Positions 1-7,223 of a stretch of DNA of 16,720 nucleotides are shown piece after piece (within the stretch, counting starts at the first letter, position 1; every line of letters starts with the position of its first letter). Both the position numbers and the translations under genes were made by a program. A model generated the notes under the pieces. It was not told the DNA's origin. It ran no database searches and was given only the letters and a program-made list of their open reading frames with translations. The stretch is from Aquificaceae bacterium (GTDB lineage: Bacteria > Aquificota > Aquificia > Aquificales > Aquificaceae). The DNA lies in the NCBI GenBank assembly GCA_037924335.1, contig JAXSMZ010000030.1:1-16720 (forward strand), in the 5' to 3' direction.

Positions 1-6
1 CTACGA

Positions 7-34
7 CATATACCACAAGTTTTTTGTTTGTCAA
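7..34 (-). promoter_or_regulatory. Possible sigma70-type promoter reading leftwards out of the window
   Basis: Minus-strand TTGACA at 34..29, then 16 nt to TG-G-TATATG (-10-like at 12..7, imperfect last base). Same position relative to the 23-bp repeat as the MTase promoter. Confidence 0.4.
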
Positions 35-39
35 GAGGT

Positions 40-62
40 TGTGTAAGTCCACATGATATTAG
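40..62. repeat. Direct repeat copy 1 (TGTGTAAGTCCACATGATATTAG)
   Basis: 22/23 identical to 2191-2213; the 19-bp core TAAGTCCACATGATATTAG (44-62 vs 2195-2213) is exact. Confidence 0.95.
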
Positions 63-66
63 ACTG

Positions 67-93
67 AAAGTTACACTTGTCAAGTGTAACTTT
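67..93. repeat. Perfect 13-bp inverted repeat AAAGTTACACTTG-T-CAAGTGTAACTTT (operator, terminator or recombination accessory site)
   Basis: 67-79 is the exact reverse complement of 81-93 with a 1-nt centre; lies 4 nt from repeat copy 1 and downstream of the REase gene. Confidence 0.85.
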
Positions 94-226
94 AGAATCC
101 TCCAGAAGAACTCATATCACCTTTGCTTGCTCCTATTAGTATTTTTTTCATCCACAAAAATTCCAGTTTTATAGTTGTTACTTTATAAAAGTTTGCAGAT
201 CCCCCCTATATGTGAAGATGGATGTT

Positions 227-925
227 TTATAACAATGGTTCTATTTTTTCGTAAAGCTCTATTAAGTGAATCTCCTTTATTCTAAAGCCAGTTCCCCTAT
301 TCCTTACAGAGTTATTAGGTTTTAAATGCATTCTTAAATCTATTCCTATAAAACCTTTCTTAAATGCCTCAATGAACTTTCTTGAAGAGGTCTCAGACAA
401 AAGATAAAACTCATTAAAATGAAAATATTCTCTCTTATTTTCTATCTTAGAATCAGCAATACAAAATAATACTCTACTTAGCTTAGTTAAAAATTTTCCT
501 ATTATAGTATATAAATCATAAGATCCTATAATATTCTCTACATTGTCCACTATTTCAATAATATTTTCTGTCTCTTTTAATTTAAGAGATAGATTCACGG
601 TTGACCTTTTACCATAAAAAAGTGTATTCTTTAAGGCTAATCTACCTTGTGTATCTTTATAACCATACCTTTCAATAATTTCTCTTTGTGGTATTTTCCA
701 AACACCTTTGTTAAAAGTGAATAATGTTATAAGACTATCTGAATTTCTTCTTGTTGCCTTTATCTCTATCCTTGCACCGAGATCAGGAATGGCGATGTTG
801 TTTTCTGAAATACCTAATAAGCTCTCTAAAGTGTGCCCTATTCCAGTGGTTCCTGACCGGGTAGATTGAATATATCCCTTATTTTTTATTTCCTCTAATT
901 TCTTAATCAATTCAAATTTAGTCAT
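227..925 (-). CDS. MvaI/BcnI-family type II restriction endonuclease
   Basis: 232 aa; GTTGIGHTLESLLGISENN..PDL...EIK (PD-(D/E)xK) and C-terminal RNRGTGFRI typical of the family; start overlaps the MTase stop (TAATG at 927..923). Confidence 0.9.
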   Translation of the reverse strand: MTKFELIKKLEEIKNKGYIQSTRSGTTGIGHTLESLLGISENNIAIPDLGARIEIKATRRNSDSLITLFTFNKGVWKIPQREIIERYGYKDTQGRLALKNTLFYGKRSTVNLSLKLKETENIIEIVDNVENIIGSYDLYTIIGKFLTKLSRVLFCIADSKIENKREYFHFNEFYLLSETSSRKFIEAFKKGFIGIDLRMHLKPNNSVRNRGTGFRIKEIHLIELYEKIEPLL

Positions 926-2148
926 TATGTTTTCTCCATTACAACGATGTATTCATATTTCATAGTGCATGATTTTTCACCGACTATATTTGTGGGAGAA
1001 TTTTGTAGAGGCATTCTTTTGTTATGTATTTCTCTTATAAGGGTTTTTATATGTCTCAAGCCTAAATATTCAAATATTTCTCTTATAATATCATCCATTG
1101 GTATTTGAATTCCCCTAACAGTTCTGTTACCAACTACAAAACAAACTATTGCATATCTATTTAATATTTTAAAAATGTTTTTACATGCTAAAAACAAGTC
1201 ACCATAAAAAGACTTAACTTCAACAGCTCTCTTAAAGTCAACTTTTTCAAGTATTTCTATGGTATTTTTAAGGGTTTTTGAAAAATCAATATTGCCTTGA
1301 TATTTCCTACCCCCTAAAGAATCTCTATCAAGTTTTAAATCAGAATCACCAAAAGGGTTAAGACCCCTTAACCAATCTAAGCTAAAACTTGAAAATTGAC
1401 CATAAGCAACAGTAGTTCTACTGTCACCATATGGTGGAGAAGTTATAATTATGTCAACTTTTTCCTCAAAGGGAATTTTTTTTCTTGTATCACTTTTATA
1501 AATTTTAAGATGTTTTGATTCTGAACTTATATAATCAAACTGTAATCTATTAGTATAATCCATTAAATTTTTTTCAAAAACTTCTAAAGCATTTGGTCGG
1601 AATTTACTTAATTCCTCCCTATCCAATCTAAATCTTTTAAATTCTCCCTTTCTGTTATTAGAAACATCTCTCACAGTTTGTGAAAAAGCTACAAGAAGCA
1701 ATTCATAAAAATCTTTATCCTTGTACTTCTTAATCACTGTTCTAATTTTCCCTAATTGTTCTATAACATAATCCTTAAACCAGTAATCTATGTTTTTTAC
1801 TTCAGGAATATCAGGAATGGAATTTTTAATTTTGTCAAAAATTTCTGCTTTAGGTAAATCTGAAATATTTGAACACCTAACTTTGGTTATGAGTAAAGCA
1901 AGTGGATTAATATCAGTTCCATACACTGATAAGCCAGCCCTTAATCCCTCACAAAGAGACACTCCACTACCACAGAAAGGATCATAAAGCACTTGCTTGC
2001 CTAAACCATATTCTTTCAATAGTTCTCTTACAACAAGGTAATGTAACATTGCTGGATAATCATGAATTCCATAACGACCAAAGGAGGCTGCTTCTTTTTT
2101 AAAATCTAATAAAGGTTCTCGCTTTTTGAGAGTTTGAAAGGTTAACAT
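925..2148 (-). CDS. DNA amino-methyltransferase, probably N4-cytosine, alpha-group motif order (M.MvaI-like)
   Basis: 407 aa; HDYPA, SAM-binding DPFCGSG in the N-terminal part, catalytic TSPPY downstream; translationally coupled to the endonuclease. Confidence 0.9.
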   Translation of the reverse strand: MLTFQTLKKREPLLDFKKEAASFGRYGIHDYPAMLHYLVVRELLKEYGLGKQVLYDPFCGSGVSLCEGLRAGLSVYGTDINPLALLITKVRCSNISDLPKAEIFDKIKNSIPDIPEVKNIDYWFKDYVIEQLGKIRTVIKKYKDKDFYELLLVAFSQTVRDVSNNRKGEFKRFRLDREELSKFRPNALEVFEKNLMDYTNRLQFDYISSESKHLKIYKSDTRKKIPFEEKVDIIITSPPYGDSRTTVAYGQFSSFSLDWLRGLNPFGDSDLKLDRDSLGGRKYQGNIDFSKTLKNTIEILEKVDFKRAVEVKSFYGDLFLACKNIFKILNRYAIVCFVVGNRTVRGIQIPMDDIIREIFEYLGLRHIKTLIREIHNKRMPLQNSPTNIVGEKSCTMKYEYIVVMEKT

Positions 2149-2155
2149 TTGAAAA

Positions 2156-2184
2156 AATATATCTCAAAGATATGAAAAAATCAA
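2156..2184 (-). promoter_or_regulatory. Sigma70-type promoter of the M-R operon (predicted leaderless transcript)
   Basis: TTGATT (2184..2179), 17 nt, TATATT (2161..2156), then 7 nt to the ATG at 2148; no Shine-Dalgarno. Confidence 0.7.
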
Positions 2185-2190
2185 GTAAAA

Positions 2191-2213
2191 TGTATAAGTC
2201 CACATGATATTAG
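2191..2213. repeat. Direct repeat copy 2 (TGTATAAGTCCACATGATATTAG)
   Basis: 22/23 identical to 40-62. Confidence 0.95.
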
Positions 2214-2289
2214 TTTCTAATACCTTATTTCCTCTATGCTTATACCACTTATTTCAACTACCCCATATAAAACCGTATAAAATATACTC

Positions 2290-3702
2290 ATGGACCTTCT
2301 TAAGAACTACAGGCTTATACCTTTGGAGGAAACAGAGGAGAGCATAAAGCTGATGGTTCCAAAGAACGCAGACCCATTTATCCTTGAGGAGATAAGGTTT
2401 TTGACAAAAAAGCGTGTGGAAACTGTGTTTGTACAACAGGAAGAGTTTACCCAAGAGCTTCAGAAAAGACTTGCAGAAGAGGAGGTCATAATAGACAGTT
2501 CCGGTGGAGATGTAGAGAGAAAAAAAGATATTCTTTTGGAAGAAGGGGAGGGTCCAACGGTGAGCTTTGTGAACTCTTCTCTGATAAAGGCTACTGCCCT
2601 TTCTGCCTCCGATATACACATAGAACCTTACGAGGATGTATCCTCTGTTAGATTCAGGCTTGATGGTATACTGCACGATTACATGAGCATTCCCATATCT
2701 TTGCATGAATCTGTTGTCTCTCGTATAAAAGTCCTTGCCAACTTGAACGTAGCAGAAAAGAGAGTTCCGCAGGATGGAAAGATAAGGGTAAGGATAGGTG
2801 GGAGAGACTTGGATATAAGGGTATCCGTTGTTCCAACAACCTTTGGCGAGAGGGTAGTTTTAAGGCTCTTAGACAGGTCTGGAAGCATATTAAAATTAGA
2901 AGAGCTTGGACTTTCAGGAAAAGACTTGGATGCTCTTCAAGAACTAGCAAAGAAGCCTTACGGTATTGTGCTTGCTACTGGTCCCACAGGAGCTGGAAAG
3001 AGTACAACCCTTTATGCCATACTTATTCACATAAAAAGTCCAGAGAAGAACATAATAACCATAGAAGACCCTCCAGAGTATCAGGTCAAGGGTGTGAGTC
3101 AGATACAGGTAAACCCAAAGGTTGGTCTGACCTTTGCCAACGGTCTCCGTGCCATCCTGAGGCAAGACCCAGACATAATAATGGTAGGTGAGATAAGGGA
3201 TTCAGAGACTGCTGAAATAGCCGTTCATGCAGCCCTGACTGGACATCTTGTCCTCTCTACTCTCCACACAAACGATGCACCATCTGCCATAACAAGGCTT
3301 TCAGATTTGGGCATAGAGCCTTTCCTCATAGCATCATCCTTGGAAGGTGTTATAGCTCAAAGGCTCGTAAGGAAGATATGCCCGTACTGTAAAGAATCTT
3401 ACAAACCGACAAAGGAGGAGCTAAGAGAACTGGGTCTTGAAGGTGAGCATATACTTTACAAAGGGAGTGGGTGTGACATGTGCATGGGGACTGGATACAG
3501 AGGAAGGACTGGCATATACGAAGTTCTCAAGATGGATGATGAGCTAAAGAGCCTAATAACAAAGGTTCAAGATGCAAACCTGATAAGAAAGAAGGCAAAG
3601 GAAAGAGGCTTTAGAACAATGCAAGAGGATGGAATAGAGAAAGTTCTGAAAGGGATAACGACAACTCAAGAGCTTCTCAGAGCTGTAAGGATGGAAGGAT
3701 GA
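2290..3702 (+). CDS. gspE: Type II secretion system ATPase GspE (GspE/PulE/PilB family)
   Basis: ASDIHIEP, EKRVPQDG, Walker A GPTGAGKS, TIEDP, LRQDPDIIMVGEIRD, His box TGHLVLSTLHTN, Zn motif CPYC...CDMC; followed by gspL/M/K-like genes. Confidence 0.92.
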   Translation: MDLLKNYRLIPLEETEESIKLMVPKNADPFILEEIRFLTKKRVETVFVQQEEFTQELQKRLAEEEVIIDSSGGDVERKKDILLEEGEGPTVSFVNSSLIKATALSASDIHIEPYEDVSSVRFRLDGILHDYMSIPISLHESVVSRIKVLANLNVAEKRVPQDGKIRVRIGGRDLDIRVSVVPTTFGERVVLRLLDRSGSILKLEELGLSGKDLDALQELAKKPYGIVLATGPTGAGKSTTLYAILIHIKSPEKNIITIEDPPEYQVKGVSQIQVNPKVGLTFANGLRAILRQDPDIIMVGEIRDSETAEIAVHAALTGHLVLSTLHTNDAPSAITRLSDLGIEPFLIASSLEGVIAQRLVRKICPYCKESYKPTKEELRELGLEGEHILYKGSGCDMCMGTGYRGRTGIYEVLKMDDELKSLITKVQDANLIRKKAKERGFRTMQEDGIEKVLKGITTTQELLRAVRMEG

Positions 3703-4847
3703 TATACACAGGCGTTGACGGAAAAAAAAGCTTTAGCGTCAGGTACTCTTATATTAGAAGAAGATGGGAACCTACAAAAAGGCAAGGAAAAAGAGTCTGC
3801 GTTGTACCCTCTGACCTCTGTTTTATAAAGGTAGAAGATGCTTTTTCGAAGAAGAAGTATGAGATAAAGAGCTTTTACTCCCTCTATGTGGAAGAGAAGT
3901 TTGGAAATGTAAAGTGGGACACCTCCCTTTACAAGGACAAAGCCTTTTTGGGTGTATACAGGGACTTTTCAGAAAGCGGTTGCCACGAGGTGGAGTTAGA
4001 AGTTTTTGCACTGGCAAGAGTTCTTCTGACCTTGGGTCTTGATGGATATGTCCTTGACTTAGGGAAGAGGAAATCTACACTTGTGGAGGTCCAAGATGGT
4101 CTGCTAAAGAGCTACCGTGTAGTGCTAAAAGGTGGTAACCACATAGAAGAGGTCATAAGGATTAAGAGAGGTCTGAGCGACGAAGAAGCAAGCCATCTGA
4201 AGAGAACAAAGGGGCTTGATGTGGAAGAAGTCCAGGAAGGGCTTATGGACATCCTCTTGCCCATGAACTTGGACAGCAACATACCAATACTTTTGAGCGG
4301 TGGACTCTCAAAGCTTAAGGGCATAAAGGACATGTTTAAAAGCATCATAAAGAATCCCTACTGTGAGCCAGAGCTGACGAGCGCTTTTGGTGCAAGCCTC
4401 AAGCATGTCCTCAAAAATCCATATCCAGACTTTGTCAAAAGTGACCTCTCAGAGGAAGAATTAAAGAAGGTTGGAATGTCGGTTGGCATTGGTATGCTCT
4501 TATTCTTCTTCGTTTACCTAGGAATGGAGAAGCTCCTTTCATCAGGAAGTTTGAGGTATGAAGAGAGGAAAAAGTTTAAGGAGGTTTTTCCAAACACCCC
4601 TATAGTGGCGCTGTACGACCAGGTAAGGTCAAAGGTCTCCACTGGTGAGAGATACGAGGTAACAAAGAAAGTATACAAGCTTCAGCAAGTACTCAAAGAA
4701 GGTATGAAGGTATACTCTATAGAGTACTCTGACGGTGCTCTTACTGTGAAGGGAGAAGGTAGGGAAGATCTGGTTATGGGTATTGGAGCTAAGAAGATAA
4801 AGAAAACACCCACAGGAAGCTTAGAGTTTGAGGTGGAAGTAAAATGA
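3699..4847 (+). CDS. GspL-like assembly-platform protein (PilM/actin-like cytoplasmic domain, one TM, periplasmic domain)
   Basis: 382 aa; VLDLGKRKST, GGNHI and ILLSGGLSKLKG are actin-fold-like motifs; hydrophobic segment VGMSVGIGMLLFFFVYLGM; ATGA overlap with gspE. Confidence 0.65.
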   Translation: MIYTGVDGKKSFSVRYSYIRRRWEPTKRQGKRVCVVPSDLCFIKVEDAFSKKKYEIKSFYSLYVEEKFGNVKWDTSLYKDKAFLGVYRDFSESGCHEVELEVFALARVLLTLGLDGYVLDLGKRKSTLVEVQDGLLKSYRVVLKGGNHIEEVIRIKRGLSDEEASHLKRTKGLDVEEVQEGLMDILLPMNLDSNIPILLSGGLSKLKGIKDMFKSIIKNPYCEPELTSAFGASLKHVLKNPYPDFVKSDLSEEELKKVGMSVGIGMLLFFFVYLGMEKLLSSGSLRYEERKKFKEVFPNTPIVALYDQVRSKVSTGERYEVTKKVYKLQQVLKEGMKVYSIEYSDGALTVKGEGREDLVMGIGAKKIKKTPTGSLEFEVEVK

Positions 4848-5248
4848 GGGACTATTTGACCAGAAGGAACCTGACCTTCTTCTCTCTTTTATTAACATCC
4901 TTTATGTTCTACCTTCTCATTTCTAACTATTACAAGCTCAGGAACGAATACTACAAGGATTACCTAAGGTATAAAGAGGTTATGCTGTTGATGGAAAACT
5001 ACAGGGGTATGGGTAGAGAAGAGCCAAGCGAAGAGCTTTTAAGAAGGCTAATATCCCAAAGTGGGGGTGAGTTTCTGTCCTTAAGACAGACGGATGTGGG
5101 CTATGAGGTCAAAGCAAGAAAGGTATACGGTCAAGACATATCAAGGCTTTTATACTCCATAGAGGAAAAAGGTATAAAAGTTTTTAGGTTTAAAGCCGTT
5201 GATAATACGGGAGAAGGTGTTTTTGACGTAGAGTTGACCTTAAGATGA
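4844..5248 (+). CDS. GspM/PilO-like bitopic membrane protein
   Basis: 134 aa; N-terminal TM, helical stretch, ferredoxin-like C-terminal pattern; ATGA overlaps with both neighbours, between gspL and gspK. Confidence 0.55.
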   Translation: MRDYLTRRNLTFFSLLLTSFMFYLLISNYYKLRNEYYKDYLRYKEVMLLMENYRGMGREEPSEELLRRLISQSGGEFLSLRQTDVGYEVKARKVYGQDISRLLYSIEEKGIKVFRFKAVDNTGEGVFDVELTLR

Positions 5249-6099
5249 TAGTTTTGTTGGCTCTCTTTATCTTTCTCACTTCTGCTTACTATGTTATGAG
5301 CATGTATTCAAGCCTTAAGTCTGCTAACTCTGTAGTTCAGGAAGTCTATGCCAAAGAACAGGCTTATCACATCTTCTTATCCGCACTTCCTTTGGCTCTG
5401 GAAGCCATAAAAAAAGATGACCCTTCTTATGACAGCATTCAGGACGTGTGGGCTTATACCAGAGAGTTCAAGACAGAAAAGGGAGAGCTTTTTGTAAGTA
5501 TTTACGACGAGGAGAGGTTTCTGAACCTAAACTATGTGGACGGCGGGGCTTATGGTAAGTTCTTTGAAAGACTTTTGAACTTACTCAGAATAGACACATA
5601 TTACAAGGAAAACCTTCTTGCCTGGGAAGGTAAGACGAACATAAAAATAGAAACCCCCTATCCTATAAAAAGGGCTCCATTGGATTCAAAAGAAGAGCTA
5701 AGGTACATGGGGTTTAAAGAAGAAGACCTGCTCGGTAAAACCATAGGGAACGACTTTTACCCAGGACTTGAGAGCCTCACGACTGTATACTCTTCTGGGA
5801 AAATAAACATAAACACGGCAAGCAGGTATATACTTATGGCTCTGGAACCGAGGATAGATGAAGGTTTGGCAAGCAAAATTATAGAGAGAAGGAATAAAGA
5901 ACCCTTTAAAAGGGTTGAGGACCTTGTGCTCGTGGACGGTTTTACCTTTGATATACTCTATGCTGTGAGAGAATTAGTTGATGTAAAGAGCAGGTACTTT
6001 CATATAGTTATGGACATAAGGTCTGGCGGTTTCTCATCGAGGTTTGAAGCAATATACGATAGACAGAATGATAAGATCGTTTATAAAAGGTTACTTTGA
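5245..6099 (+). CDS. gspK: Type II secretion minor pseudopilin GspK
   Basis: N-terminal hydrophobic helix; DDPSYDSIQDVW, IYDEERFLNLN, GKININTAS..L and PFKRVEDL..V.G motifs typical of GspK. Confidence 0.82.
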   Translation: MIVLLALFIFLTSAYYVMSMYSSLKSANSVVQEVYAKEQAYHIFLSALPLALEAIKKDDPSYDSIQDVWAYTREFKTEKGELFVSIYDEERFLNLNYVDGGAYGKFFERLLNLLRIDTYYKENLLAWEGKTNIKIETPYPIKRAPLDSKEELRYMGFKEEDLLGKTIGNDFYPGLESLTTVYSSGKININTASRYILMALEPRIDEGLASKIIERRNKEPFKRVEDLVLVDGFTFDILYAVRELVDVKSRYFHIVMDIRSGGFSSRFEAIYDRQNDKIVYKRLL

Positions 6100-6559
6100 A
6101 ATACTCCTTTATTTTCTCTTACTTTTGAGCATTGCTCTCCATAGTTTTTTCCATCTTCCTAACTTTTCTGGACTCTTTCTCTTGCTCCCCTTGCTCTTTG
6201 CGGAAGTTCCCATATGGAAGGGGAGCTTATGGGACCTTTCTATACTTGCCCTTCCCCTTTTTCTTCTTTTAGAGGGGAATGTGGAGAACCTTCTTAACCT
6301 TTCCTTATATGCCTTTGCTGAAGAGCTCTTCTTTAGAGGTTTCCTGATGAGTAGGTACTCAAACCTCGTTGTATCTTTTATGTTCATGTTTCCTCATATC
6401 TTGCTATATCAAAGTATCCCGTCTGCTCTTACTTTTTTCCCTTCGTTGTTCTTTGGCTTTCTCTATAAGAGGACTGGCTCCTTAATATTCGTAAGCATAG
6501 CCCATGTCTTTTCAAACGTACTCTACAGTATTATAATTATGGAATATGCTAATAGCTAA
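6068..6559 (+). CDS. CPBP (CAAX/Abi) family intramembrane glutamic protease
   Basis: Motifs AEELFFRG (EExxxR), FMFPH (FxxxH), AHVFSN (HxxxN); highly hydrophobic. In-frame ATG at 6068 preferred over TTG at 6044; overlaps the gspK end. Confidence 0.88.
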   Translation: MIRSFIKGYFEILLYFLLLLSIALHSFFHLPNFSGLFLLLPLLFAEVPIWKGSLWDLSILALPLFLLLEGNVENLLNLSLYAFAEELFFRGFLMSRYSNLVVSFMFMFPHILLYQSIPSALTFFPSLFFGFLYKRTGSLIFVSIAHVFSNVLYSIIIMEYANS

Positions 6560-7199
6560 AGGATTACCATCGGCAAAAGACGCTCGTATATACATGTCCG
6601 TTGAGAGAACATACCTTGGATACATGAGGCTCTCCCTTTACACACTCTCCTTTTCAGTCTTTTTGGAAAAACTGGAAATATTTGCCGATATTACTCAGAA
6701 GATACATGTATCTGTGCTTTTGCATAATGTAGCCATCCTTTTAGCTCTGTTGGGAACCTTATTTATAATCGTTGGCATAATAACTTTTTATTTCGATGTA
6801 AGCTATATAGAAGGAGGTATAGAAGTGTCTCCAAAAGAGGTCACAGACCCCAGAATTTACATGGCAGCCGAGAGAACCTTTTTGGCATGGATAAGGACAG
6901 CAATAGCCCTGATAGTTTTTGGATTTGTAATTGAAAAGTTTGAGTTTTTTCTAGAACAGCTAGAAAAGGTCTTTAACATACATCTCAGAGGGGATCATAG
7001 GACGCTCGTAAGCGTAGGGGTTTTCATCATAGTGGTTGGGCTCTTTACGTTGATCATAGGTGCTATAAACTTTTACAGGACTATAAAACAGGTGGATAAA
7101 GGAACGTACAGAACTCACACATGGCTTTACAAAATATACGGAGCCATCATATTTTTAGCCTGCTTGGCCCTTACCTTTTATGTGTTTAAAATAATTTAA
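6546..7199 (+). CDS. YidH/DUF202 family membrane protein with two tandem DUF202 domains
   Basis: Repeated signature DARIYMSVERTYLGYMR and DPRIYMAAERTFLAWIRT, each followed by TM segments and an EKxE motif. Confidence 0.85.
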   Translation: MLIAKGLPSAKDARIYMSVERTYLGYMRLSLYTLSFSVFLEKLEIFADITQKIHVSVLLHNVAILLALLGTLFIIVGIITFYFDVSYIEGGIEVSPKEVTDPRIYMAAERTFLAWIRTAIALIVFGFVIEKFEFFLEQLEKVFNIHLRGDHRTLVSVGVFIIVVGLFTLIIGAINFYRTIKQVDKGTYRTHTWLYKIYGAIIFLACLALTFYVFKII

Positions 7200-7223
7200 A
7201 AAACAAGGCTTAAAATGTTATCC

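Larger units (their letters stand above)
40..2213 (-). mobile_element. Putative direct-repeat-bounded restriction-modification cassette (2151-bp unit)
   Basis: An AT-rich M+R gene pair and its promoter lie between two 23-bp direct repeats. No recombinase gene is in the window, so mobility is inferred. Confidence 0.55.

Noticed and set aside
92..151. 19-codon minus-strand ORF MKKILIGASKGDMSSSGGF
   Set aside because: Too short, no convincing RBS and no recognisable motif.
2193..2204. Controller-protein C-box (minus strand ATGTGGACTTAT)
   Set aside because: Only the GACTTAT half of GACT-TAT-AGTC is present and no C-protein gene is in the window; kept only as a weak alternative.
40..2213. CRISPR array or classical integron attC reading of the 23-bp repeats
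   Set aside because: Only two copies 2151 bp apart, no spacer periodicity, no cas genes, and no RYYYAAC...GTTRRRY hairpin.
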